Below are positions 17,976 to 26,769 of a stretch of 52,344 nucleotides of DNA, piece by piece. Positions within the stretch are counted from its first letter, which is position 1, and each line of letters opens with the position of its first letter. Below the pieces are notes generated by a model. That model was not told the origin of the DNA. It ran no database searches and worked only from the letters and a program-made list of their open reading frames with translations. The DNA is from a virus. Lineage: Duplodnaviria; Caudoviricetes. The DNA lies in IMG/VR virus record IMGVR_UViG_3300030106_002100, positions 1 through 52,344 of that record; one strand, 5' to 3'. Position numbers and translations under genes: made by a program.

Positions 17976-18335
17976 ATGGGATCTAACTACGCAAAAGGCA
18001 AAAGAGCTATCGCAGAGTGCGATAGATGTGGTTTTAGGTATAAATTAAAAGAATTAAAACAGCTTACAATTAAGACAAAAAATGTTAATATTCTGGTATG
18101 CCCAGAGTGCTTTGAGCAGGATCAGCCACAATTACAACTCGGCATGTTTCCTGTAAACGACCCTCAAGCTCTGAGGAACCCACGACCAGATTTAACACGA
18201 TTTGCAGAATCAGATTCTAGAAGTTATCAGTATGGGTTTGACCCTGTAGGTTTTAGTAATCCTTTTAATTTGGATCTAATAGATAATTTAAAAATAACTA
18301 CAAGTGTAGGAACTGTTACGGTAACTACAAACTAG
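17976..18335 (+). CDS. Zn-ribbon hypothetical protein
   Basis: CDRC...CPEC. Confidence 0.75.
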   Translation: MGSNYAKGKRAIAECDRCGFRYKLKELKQLTIKTKNVNILVCPECFEQDQPQLQLGMFPVNDPQALRNPRPDLTRFAESDSRSYQYGFDPVGFSNPFNLDLIDNLKITTSVGTVTVTTN

Positions 18336-18343
18336 GAGAACTT

Positions 18344-18496
18344 ATGAAAGATACCGGAAAATTTAAACAACCTATGGATATGCCTGTGCCAAAACAAGAT
18401 GGGTATCCTAACAATGTAGCAAACACTCAAACAGTTAAAACAAGAGGTACGGGCGCTGCTACAAAAGGCACAAACTCTTCTAAGAAACTTGGATAA
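18344..18496 (+). CDS. small protein with RGTGAATKG motif (50 aa, not in ORF track)
   Basis: AGGAG RBS; MKDTGKF...KTRGTGAATKGTNSSKKLG; TAATG coupled. Confidence 0.75.
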   Translation: MKDTGKFKQPMDMPVPKQDGYPNNVANTQTVKTRGTGAATKGTNSSKKLG

Positions 18497-19173
18497 TGAA
18501 CTATAGTCAATTATTTGAAACTATAAAAGGTTATTGTGAAAATGACTTTCCTGATACTTCTTTCACAGATAGCGGTGGAAATACTATTACCCTCACAAGC
18601 ACAGAGCAAATAAATACGTTCATAAAACAAGCTGAACAGAAAATACATAATTCAGTTCAGATACTAGATCTTAGAAAAAATGTAACAGGAGGTATGACCA
18701 CAGGTAATCAGTATCTTACAGTCCCAACAGATTGGCTTGCTAACTTTTCTTTAGCGATTATTGATTCTTCTGGTGACTATAGTTATTTATTAAACAAAGA
18801 TGTTAATTTTATTCGTGAGGCTTTTCCTAACCCAACATCTACTGGACAACCTACACATTATGCTTTGTTTGATAACAATTCATATATTTTAGGTCCAACT
18901 CCAGATCAAGATTATACATCAGAACTTCATTATTTTTATTATCCAGAGTCCATTGTCACTGCAAATACTTCTTGGTTGGGTGATAACTACGATTCTGTAT
19001 TGTTGTATGGAGCATTAATAGAAGCTCACATATTTATGAAAGGTGAAGCAGATAGCTATCAAAGTTATGTGCAGAGGTATAATGAATCTTTAGCTGGGCT
19101 TAAAATGCTTAGTGAAGGTAAGAATCGTCAGGATATGTATAGAACTAAACAAATAAGGTTGGGGGTACAATGA
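18496..19173 (+). CDS. second adaptor/ring-like tail protein
   Basis: FI.QAEQ.I, TGQP.HYA, GPTPDQ.Y, LLYGAL.EA. Confidence 0.75.
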   Translation: MNYSQLFETIKGYCENDFPDTSFTDSGGNTITLTSTEQINTFIKQAEQKIHNSVQILDLRKNVTGGMTTGNQYLTVPTDWLANFSLAIIDSSGDYSYLLNKDVNFIREAFPNPTSTGQPTHYALFDNNSYILGPTPDQDYTSELHYFYYPESIVTANTSWLGDNYDSVLLYGALIEAHIFMKGEADSYQSYVQRYNESLAGLKMLSEGKNRQDMYRTKQIRLGVQ

Positions 19174-19460
19174 TTGGTAATAGCACATCAGTATTGTTAG
19201 GTGGTGGAGTAAAAGTTATGACAACTTCTAATAGAGGTTTTAACGCAGAAGAGGTCGCTGAAAGAGCATTAAATAAGATAATAGCTGTTGGTAGTGATTC
19301 ACACCCTGCAGTTAGAATGCAAGCTAAAGCTTTTAAAGAAGATATACGAAAAGTTTTAGTTTTGTATATGAAAGAAATGATCAGGAGCCATAACACAACC
19401 TTAGCTCACAGGTTTAAAGAAATGGGTTATCCTGAATTAATTAAATTATTAGAGGAGTAA
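19170..19460 (+). CDS. hypothetical tail-module protein
   Basis: ATGA coupled. Confidence 0.7.
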   Translation: MIGNSTSVLLGGGVKVMTTSNRGFNAEEVAERALNKIIAVGSDSHPAVRMQAKAFKEDIRKVLVLYMKEMIRSHNTTLAHRFKEMGYPELIKLLEE

Positions 19461-19463
19461 AAA

Positions 19464-19925
19464 ATGGCTATTACACAAGCGATGTGTACATCTTTTAAAG
19501 CAGAAGTATTACTAGGTGTTCACGATTTTAGACCTGATGCATCTGCTTCATCAGACGTTTTTAAACTAGCGTTGTATTCTGCAGCGGCTACTTTAAGCGC
19601 TGGAACCACGTCTTTTACAACTGATAGCGAATCTACTGGAACTACATCTGGTGGGTCTGCTCTTGTAAATTTGGGTGTGACTACTGGAACGTCATCTGGG
19701 TTTGTTGATTTTTCTGACTTAACATTTACTAGTGTTACTATAAATGCGGCAGGATGTTTAATCTACAATAGTTCACCTTCTACAAATTCAAATACTGGAG
19801 CTTCTTTAACTAATCCTGCTGTGTGTGTACTTGACTTTGGTGGGACTAAAACATCAACTGCGGGAGACTTTAGTATTATATTTCCGAATAACGATAGCGC
19901 ACAAGCAATTATTAGGATAGCCTAA
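19464..19925 (+). CDS. tail fibre-associated structural protein
   Basis: MAITQAMCTSFK, FKLALY, VLDFGG.KTST. Confidence 0.75.
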   Translation: MAITQAMCTSFKAEVLLGVHDFRPDASASSDVFKLALYSAAATLSAGTTSFTTDSESTGTTSGGSALVNLGVTTGTSSGFVDFSDLTFTSVTINAAGCLIYNSSPSTNSNTGASLTNPAVCVLDFGGTKTSTAGDFSIIFPNNDSAQAIIRIA

Positions 19926-19927
19926 CA

Positions 19928-20518
19928 ATGTCAAACGGCTGGGGTCAGAATACTTGGGGAACCTCAGACTTTGGATGGGGCGGAGTATCTGTAGTTTCAG
20001 TTGAGGTAACAGGTGTTCCCGCTTCAGGTAGTGTAGGGTCTGCTGGGATTGAAAAACCAGAAATAGTCACGGTGGGTAGAGTAGCAACTCAAGGAGGATG
20101 GGGTAGAAGTTCGTGGGGTTTTGGTGCTTGGAACGAGGCTACTCAGTTACCCGATATGAGTATGGTTGGAGCCGTTGGCTCTACATCTACCAGTGCGGAT
20201 GCAAATGTTAACGGTATATTTGGTGTAGCTGGAGTTAAATTTTTAGGTGACGAAGAAGTAAGAAGTAATAATAATATAAGTGTTACCGGATTTAATTTAA
20301 GTGGTAATTTAGGTTCACTTGGTGTTAGATTAGTTAACAGGATAGATGTAACAGGCATTAGCGGAAGTTCTAACATAGGTGTTATATCAACGATTATAAA
20401 CGCTAACATAAACGTAACAGGGCTTTCGGCAATAGGAAGTATAGGAAATAATTTAGTATGGGGTAAGGTTAATACGGATCAGATCCCTAATTGGCAAGAA
20501 ATTAAAGAAGCAGCATAG
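19928..20518 (+). CDS. Gly/Ser-rich structural protein with WG repeats
   Basis: GWG..WG boxes; V.VTG repeats. Confidence 0.7.
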   Translation: MSNGWGQNTWGTSDFGWGGVSVVSVEVTGVPASGSVGSAGIEKPEIVTVGRVATQGGWGRSSWGFGAWNEATQLPDMSMVGAVGSTSTSADANVNGIFGVAGVKFLGDEEVRSNNNISVTGFNLSGNLGSLGVRLVNRIDVTGISGSSNIGVISTIINANINVTGLSAIGSIGNNLVWGKVNTDQIPNWQEIKEAA

Positions 20519-20527
20519 GAGAATAAA

Positions 20528-21412
20528 ATGGCTTCATCATATTCAAATTTAAAAATACAACTCATGGGAACTGGAGATAATTCAGGCCAATGGGGTGACG
20601 TTACAAACACAAACTTAGGCACTGCGATAGAAGAAGCTATTTGCGAATCGGCAGATGTAGCTTTTTCTCAGGATAGTCTTACGTTGCCTTTTAACAACGA
20701 TAATGCCTCTCAATCATTTAGGCATTTACGCCTTAACTTAACTGGTACAGGATCGGCAGGGATAACTTTAACCGTTCCTGATATAGAAAAAAACTACATA
20801 ATTAATAATACTTTAGCCACTGATGTAGGAATAAAAAACTCTTCAGGAGCGCAAGTAACTGTACCTAATGGTAGATCAGCAATAGTATATAGCACGGGAT
20901 CTGGAGTGGTAGATGCGATTACAAGTTTAAATACCGCAGAAATAACACAGTTAACTGTTACAGGTGATACAGATGTTACTAATCTATCCGCTAACGGTAC
21001 GTTAGATGTATCAGGCAAAGGTTCTGTAGGCGGTGCGTTTGTTGTAACTAGCTCTGCTACGATTGGAAACACTGTATCAGACCAAGACGGTGATTTAAGA
21101 GACATACCGAAATCGGGGAGCACAAAAGCCGGAGCATACACATTAGCAGTCGGTGATGTTGGTAATCACGTTTTATACAATTCTTCTGCGGCAAACTTTA
21201 CAATTCCTGCAACAACCTTTGCTGAAGGAGATATTATTAGCATCGTTTCATTAGATGCAAAAACAGCAACTGTAAGTAGTGCTATTACTAACGGAATGTT
21301 TGTTGCCGGGAGTGTATCTGCAACGGCTACTGCGGCCATAGGTGCAAATGGTATTGCTTCAGTGTTTTTTGTTAGTGCAGGGCATGTAATTTTAACTGGA
21401 AATGTTTCGTAA
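20528..21412 (+). CDS. tail fibre protein
   Basis: MASSYS.L...G.WG..TNTNL fibre N-terminus; beta-rich. Confidence 0.75.
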   Translation: MASSYSNLKIQLMGTGDNSGQWGDVTNTNLGTAIEEAICESADVAFSQDSLTLPFNNDNASQSFRHLRLNLTGTGSAGITLTVPDIEKNYIINNTLATDVGIKNSSGAQVTVPNGRSAIVYSTGSGVVDAITSLNTAEITQLTVTGDTDVTNLSANGTLDVSGKGSVGGAFVVTSSATIGNTVSDQDGDLRDIPKSGSTKAGAYTLAVGDVGNHVLYNSSAANFTIPATTFAEGDIISIVSLDAKTATVSSAITNGMFVAGSVSATATAAIGANGIASVFFVSAGHVILTGNVS

Positions 21413-21424
21413 GGATTATAAACA

Positions 21425-22354
21425 ATGATTGGTAGCCATCAACTTTTAATGACTAATTTCACAAGTGGAGAAGTTGGAACTGTCGTAGAAACTTTTAATT
21501 CCACAGGTACATTTACTGTTCCTTCAGACGTATCAACAATTGAATTATTGATGGTAGGTGGTGGAGCGGGAGGCAGTGGAGTTCGAGGTGGCGGCGGCGG
21601 AGCAGGAGGCGTTGTTTTTTATTCAGCAGGAAACTCACTACAAGTAACCGCAGGAGAAACATACACCGTAACTGTAGGCACAGGAGGTACAGGTGGTGGT
21701 AATGGTTTTACAGGTGCTACTGCTACAGGAGGATTTAACACCTCATTTACAAAATCTGGTTTTCCTGATTTAGTCGTGGCTAGTGGCGGAGGTGAGGGCG
21801 GTAGAGGTTTTAATACTGAAATAGGTAAAGATGGTGGCTGTGGAGGCGGTGGCGGTGCTGGAGCAGGCGGTAAAGCAGGTGGTGGTACAAACCAATCTGC
21901 TCAAGATACTAATCGAATTAACATTGTGGTTGGTCACGGCTTTGCCGGAGGTGATGGTAATGGAGCTTCTGGCGGTGGTACTGCTGGTGCTGGAGGGGGG
22001 GGCGGTGCTGGTCAAGTAGGAGGAGACGGAAGAGATTCTGGAACGGATAACACTGTTGCAAAAGGTGGTCACGGATATACCGCAGATATTACTGGGGTTG
22101 CTCTTGCTTATGGTGGTGGTGGCGGAGGTGGTGAAGATCAGCCAGGATCTACTTCAGGAGTTGTTGCCGCAGGTGGTGACGGTGGTGGCGGTAGAGCAGG
22201 TTTTGATTCATCTGGCTCAGAAGACGGAGCTGACGGGACCGATGGTTTAGGCGGTGGTGGCGGTGGTGGAGCAGGTGGAACTAGCCCAATCGGAGCAGGA
22301 GGTGATGGTGGGGATGGTGTCGTAATTATTAAATATACAACAAGTACAGGTTAA
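21425..22354 (+). CDS. glycine-rich tail fibre/adhesin tip protein
   Basis: F.STGTFTVP, VGGGAGG, polyglycine segments, terminal GGDGVVIIKY. Confidence 0.8.
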   Translation: MIGSHQLLMTNFTSGEVGTVVETFNSTGTFTVPSDVSTIELLMVGGGAGGSGVRGGGGGAGGVVFYSAGNSLQVTAGETYTVTVGTGGTGGGNGFTGATATGGFNTSFTKSGFPDLVVASGGGEGGRGFNTEIGKDGGCGGGGGAGAGGKAGGGTNQSAQDTNRINIVVGHGFAGGDGNGASGGGTAGAGGGGGAGQVGGDGRDSGTDNTVAKGGHGYTADITGVALAYGGGGGGGEDQPGSTSGVVAAGGDGGGGRAGFDSSGSEDGADGTDGLGGGGGGGAGGTSPIGAGGDGGDGVVIIKYTTSTG

Positions 22355-22356
22355 TT

Positions 22357-22734
22357 ATGAAATATTATTTTGCAAAATTAGATTCAAACAATACTGTAAC
22401 CGCCGTTCATGTTGTTGCTCACGACAATTGTTTAGATTCAGACGGGAGCGCATCCGAAACGGCTGGAATAAACTTTTTAAATAACGTATTTGGCACTTCT
22501 GATACATATAAACAAACTTGGAAAGAACGTAAATCAGGAAGCCGAGAAAGAATACATAGAAAAAACTATGCAGGTGTTGGTTTTATTTATAAACCAGACA
22601 TTGATGCTTTTGTCAGACCACAACCTTTTCCAAGTTGGACATTAGATGATACTGCAAACTGGCAAGCACCATCTGCGATGCCTACAGATGGTAAATATTA
22701 TACGTGGGATGAAGACAACCAAACATGGATTTAA
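22357..22734 (+). CDS. fibre-associated protein (RKNYAG family)
   Basis: FAKLD, RKNYAG.G..Y, P.PFPSW.L, Y.WDE; commonly adjacent to Gly-rich fibres. Confidence 0.75.
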   Translation: MKYYFAKLDSNNTVTAVHVVAHDNCLDSDGSASETAGINFLNNVFGTSDTYKQTWKERKSGSRERIHRKNYAGVGFIYKPDIDAFVRPQPFPSWTLDDTANWQAPSAMPTDGKYYTWDEDNQTWI

Positions 22735-22763
22735 AAAAGGGTGGGGAATAGAGTGAATGATAG

Positions 22764-23282
22764 ATGATAGATCCCATCACTGCACTGAGTGCAGCAAATT
22801 TAGCATTCAATGGTGTCAAAAAAGCCATTCAAGTAGGGAGAGACCTAGAAGATATTTTTAGCCAATTATCGACTTGGAGTGGGCATGTTTCTGATTTACA
22901 AGAATGGATGGGGCAAGAAAGGAAGTTCAAGAAACCTACTTTATGGCAAAAACTGACATGGGATAAAAGCGAAACCGCAGAGGCATTTGATGAACTTATC
23001 GCAAAAAAGAAAATTAAAGAGATGGAAGACGCAATCAAGCATGAATTTACATGGGGAAAATTGCACCATCTGGGCATGGATGGCCCATATGGATATCGTG
23101 CCTTCATCCGCATACGCCGTGACATTAAGGCCAAACGCAAGACCCAAATATACAATCAGATGCGAAGGCGGAAAGCTTTTTTATATAACACCAAGATGGG
23201 AGTGGCAATTGGAACCCTTGTATTAATTTTAATATGGTTATCGCATTTTTTATGGACAGCAATTGTGGAGGCGGGTAAGTGA
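22764..23282 (+). CDS. hypothetical protein with C-terminal TM helix
   Basis: MIDPITAL start; hydrophobic C-terminus. Confidence 0.75.
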   Translation: MIDPITALSAANLAFNGVKKAIQVGRDLEDIFSQLSTWSGHVSDLQEWMGQERKFKKPTLWQKLTWDKSETAEAFDELIAKKKIKEMEDAIKHEFTWGKLHHLGMDGPYGYRAFIRIRRDIKAKRKTQIYNQMRRRKAFLYNTKMGVAIGTLVLILIWLSHFLWTAIVEAGK

Positions 23283-23434
23283 AAAATTATACAAGAACAA
23301 GTTGGTCACATCATGGTGAATACATAAAATTTAAATACGTGCCTGACCCTAATGTAATAGTCACAAAAAAAGAAATAGTTAAAGTTATGAGTGAGGCAGT
23401 GAATAAAGCAAAAAATTATAAGGCATACAAGTGA
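23279..23434 (+). CDS. small hypothetical protein (51 aa, not in ORF track)
   Basis: GTGA overlaps at both ends. Confidence 0.5.
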   Translation: MKNYTRTSWSHHGEYIKFKYVPDPNVIVTKKEIVKVMSEAVNKAKNYKAYK

Positions 23435-23637
23435 TTAGCGTAGCGTTTTGGGTAGCTACCTTAGTTCCACATGTAAATCAATACTATTGTAAGCTACAGT
23501 GGGTTGAAAGAAGTTTATGCACTTATTGGTGCGCTAATACAAAAAGAGGGTTCAACTGGTTTGAACCAAAAACAGATAAAGGCTGTAAAATAGAAAAGTT
23601 GTTTTATAAAGTAGAAAAGGAAAAGACAAGTGCTTAA
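23431..23637 (+). CDS. small Cys-containing hypothetical protein
   Basis: Hydrophobic N-terminus and four Cys. Confidence 0.5.
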   Translation: MISVAFWVATLVPHVNQYYCKLQWVERSLCTYWCANTKRGFNWFEPKTDKGCKIEKLFYKVEKEKTSA

Positions 23638-24067
23638 TTTAATATCAGGGTTATTACCAATAGGTGAGAAGCTTGTAGAGCGGTTAATACCAGACAAACA
23701 GGCACAGGCAAAAGCTCTTCAACAACTAAAACAAATGGAGCAAGACGGAAGCCTTAAAAAGATGGAAGCTGAGTTTGCTGATAAAGATAGTGCTAGAAAA
23801 CGTGAAATGGCTATCTCTACTAGCGAACATAGCCCTTGGTTAAACAAAATCATCACCAGTCTACTCGCACTCGGTATTGTGGGCCTGGCCTTTGCTTTGT
23901 TTGCTGTTATATTATTCTTGGAAGTCACACCTGCTAATAAAGATATCTTAATTTTTTTACTAGGTAATCTAACAACGTTGGTGGGATTGGTGTGTTCATA
24001 TTATTTTGGGAGTTCAGTGGGTAGCAAAGATAAAACAGAAGAAATAAAAGGGTTAATGAACAAATGA
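23630..24067 (+). CDS. holin-like membrane protein
   Basis: D.DSARKRE, two TM helices, YYFGSS.GS; directly upstream of endolysin. Confidence 0.75.
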   Translation: MLNLISGLLPIGEKLVERLIPDKQAQAKALQQLKQMEQDGSLKKMEAEFADKDSARKREMAISTSEHSPWLNKIITSLLALGIVGLAFALFAVILFLEVTPANKDILIFLLGNLTTLVGLVCSYYFGSSVGSKDKTEEIKGLMNK

Positions 24068-24447
24068 TGGATTGGAACACAAGCACGTATTTTTCACAGT
24101 ATGAATTTAAATGCTCGCACACAGGTAAGTGTGATATGAACCCAGAGTTTATAGATAAGTTAAATGATCTGCGTCTGGCTTTTGGAAAGCCTATGACAAT
24201 AACTTCCGGGTTTAGGGATGTTACTCATCCTATTGAAGCTAAGAAAAAAACTCCAGGGGCGCATACAACAGGACAAGCTGCGGATATAGCTGTATCAAGA
24301 GAAGACGCTTTTGATTTATTATCTCTTGCTTTGACAAAAGGATTTACAGGTATAGGTATACAACAAAAAGGTTCAGGCAGATTTATACACTTAGATACGT
24401 TAAAAAATTCACCAGAAAGACCAAGACCAACAATCTGGTCTTATTAA
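24064..24447 (+). CDS. endolysin, peptidase M15 family
   Basis: F...EF.C, ITSGFR, H..G.AADI, FIHLD. Confidence 0.9.
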   Translation: MMDWNTSTYFSQYEFKCSHTGKCDMNPEFIDKLNDLRLAFGKPMTITSGFRDVTHPIEAKKKTPGAHTTGQAADIAVSREDAFDLLSLALTKGFTGIGIQQKGSGRFIHLDTLKNSPERPRPTIWSY

Positions 24448-24448
24448 A

Positions 24449-26329
24449 ATGACTTTACAAAAATTACAATTTAGGCCCGGTATAAATAGAGATGTAACTA
24501 ACTACTCTAATGAGGGCGGTTGGTTTGAATGTGATAAGGTACGGTTTTTAAATGGTTACCCTGAAAAATTAAATGGGTGGGCTACGTACGCACCGTCTTC
24601 TATACTAGGAACTTGTAGAGCTTTGTTTGGGTGGATAACATCTTTCGAAGATAATTTTTTGGCTATAGGCACAAATTCTAAAGTGTATATAGAAGTTGGT
24701 ACAAACTTAAATGATGTGACACCTTTGCGTTCTTCTAATCCAACTCTAGCAGTTCATGAGTTTTCTGCTACAAACGGTTCTGCGGTTATAAACATAGAAG
24801 CCACAGCACATGCGACAAGCACAGGAGACTTTGTAACTTTCTCTGGAGCATCCTCTTTAGGTGGAAACATAACGGCTGACGTATTAAACCAGAACTACGA
24901 AATAACAGAAATAGATGCTAACAACTACAGCATATCCGCAGCGGTGACTGCTAATGCTTCTGATACAGGAGATGGTGGCTCTAGCGCTATAGGTTCGTAT
25001 GAAATACCAATAGGAAATGGAACTATTACTTATGGTTATGGTTGGGGTGTAGGTACATGGGGTAGATTAGGTTGGGGGTCCGGCACGTTACAACCAATAT
25101 TATTACCATTGACTGTTTGGTTCTTTGATAACTTTGATAATGACTTAGTCATGAACGTCAATGTAGGCGGCAAAGGAGCTATATTTTACTGGCCTAGAGG
25201 TTTGTCATCTGATCCCGGCTCTTCTCTTGGGACTAGAGCTGTTAAATTATCTACGAGATCAGGGGCTGCGAATGTTCCTGCCGAGGTAGGGCAGATTATG
25301 GTGTCTCAAACAGATAGGCATTTATTAGCTTTTGGAGCAACTCCGTTTTCAGGCTTAGATACTACAGAAGACACAGGCACATTTGATCCTTTATTAATAC
25401 GTTTTGCAAACCAAGATGACCCTGAAAATTTTAAACCAACTACCACTAACAGTGCAGGTTTTATAAGAGTTAGTAGCGGTTCAAGAATTGTAGCTGCGTT
25501 TAGAACAAGACAAGAAACATTAGTGTTTACAGATATGTCCGTTCATTCACTACAGTTTTTAGGTACTACCGAAGTATTCAGTTTACAAGAATTAGAAACT
25601 AACATATCTATATCTAGCCCACGTTGTATAGCAGCAGCGAGTAATGTGTTGTTTTGGATGGGTACAGATAAGTTTTATTTATATAACGGACGTGTAGATA
25701 CGTTACCGTGTACTTTGAGAGATCACGTATTTGATGATTTAAATTTTGATGCTTTGCAATATGTGTATGCAGGAACTGTAGAATCTCACAATGAAGTGTG
25801 GTGGTTTTACCCTTCTAAAGATAGTGAGATAAATGACTCTTACGTAACTTATAATTACAAAGATAACTTGTGGTTTTATGGAAAGCTAAACCGATCTGCT
25901 TGGTTAGACGCTAATTTAAGACAATTTCCACAAGCTGTGGGGGAAAACACTTTATTTGACCATGAAAATGGTATGGATGCAGACGGTTCTGCTATGGAGT
26001 CGTTTATTACAAGCTCTGACTTTGATATAGGTGATGGAGAGAAGTTTACTTTAGTTAAAAGAATAATACCTGATGTAGATTTTACGGGTTCCAATGCAGC
26101 AGAACCTCGTGTTAAAATGACTGTAAAACCTAGAGACTTCCCCGGTAGTGTATATCGAGTAGAAGATGATAGGAATGTTATTGAAACATCTGTAGGTGTC
26201 TACACCGATCAAGTATATTTAAGAGCAAGGGCAAGACAGATAGGTTTTAAAATAACATCTGACACTTTAGGTACAATGTGGAAGTTAGGCTCTCCAAGAT
26301 TAGATGGTAGACCTGATGGGAGAAGATAA
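24449..26329 (+). CDS. tail nozzle/DNA-stabilisation protein (P22 gp10-like)
   Basis: L.F.PGINR, W..CDKVRF..G.PEK; propeller-like composition; RARARQ near C-terminus. Confidence 0.75.
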   Translation: MTLQKLQFRPGINRDVTNYSNEGGWFECDKVRFLNGYPEKLNGWATYAPSSILGTCRALFGWITSFEDNFLAIGTNSKVYIEVGTNLNDVTPLRSSNPTLAVHEFSATNGSAVINIEATAHATSTGDFVTFSGASSLGGNITADVLNQNYEITEIDANNYSISAAVTANASDTGDGGSSAIGSYEIPIGNGTITYGYGWGVGTWGRLGWGSGTLQPILLPLTVWFFDNFDNDLVMNVNVGGKGAIFYWPRGLSSDPGSSLGTRAVKLSTRSGAANVPAEVGQIMVSQTDRHLLAFGATPFSGLDTTEDTGTFDPLLIRFANQDDPENFKPTTTNSAGFIRVSSGSRIVAAFRTRQETLVFTDMSVHSLQFLGTTEVFSLQELETNISISSPRCIAAASNVLFWMGTDKFYLYNGRVDTLPCTLRDHVFDDLNFDALQYVYAGTVESHNEVWWFYPSKDSEINDSYVTYNYKDNLWFYGKLNRSAWLDANLRQFPQAVGENTLFDHENGMDADGSAMESFITSSDFDIGDGEKFTLVKRIIPDVDFTGSNAAEPRVKMTVKPRDFPGSVYRVEDDRNVIETSVGVYTDQVYLRARARQIGFKITSDTLGTMWKLGSPRLDGRPDGRR

Positions 26330-26628
26330 TGGCGATGAGAAACTTTCGGTCTCCGCCGTTGCCTTTGCCTCAAAACGAGTACGACCAGCAGTATTTCAAT
26401 CAGTTAATAAAAGTTCTTCAAACATATTTTAGACAGTTGGATTCACAGAATCCGCTACATGTAGACGGACTTGTATTAACTGATTTAACAGAGAACCCAG
26501 TAGGATTTCCTAACTATAGCTTATATAGAAAAGGTAGAGATGTTAAGATATTATTGCCCGGTGATGCGGCGGTAGAGGGGAGTTTAGGAATAACAGGTTT
26601 AGGATCAGTAACGGTGACAATATCATGA
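26329..26628 (+). CDS. hypothetical tail protein
   Basis: P.LP.P..EYD..Y...L...L..YF.QLD motif; coupled. Confidence 0.7.
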   Translation: MAMRNFRSPPLPLPQNEYDQQYFNQLIKVLQTYFRQLDSQNPLHVDGLVLTDLTENPVGFPNYSLYRKGRDVKILLPGDAAVEGSLGITGLGSVTVTIS

Positions 26629-26765
26629 ATATAGTTTTAACCTGCGATAACAACCTCCTTGGTGGCATCACCACCCTACCTCTCTACCTTGGGGGTTGGC
26701 AGGTCTTTGGTAAGGTAAAAAGAACCAGCAGTAACACCAAAAGAAACAACAAAAACAGGAGCTAG
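26625..26765 (+). CDS. possible 46-aa ORF (not in ORF track)
   Basis: ATGA coupled; MNIVLTCDNNLLGGITTLPLYLGGWQVFGKVKR...RS. Confidence 0.4.
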   Translation: MNIVLTCDNNLLGGITTLPLYLGGWQVFGKVKRTSSNTKRNNKNRS

Positions 26766-26769
26766 TGGT

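Noticed and set aside
21425-22354. Polyglycine GG runs as part of the di-glycine motif system
   Set aside because: Explained by the polyglycine fold of Gly-rich fibre tips.
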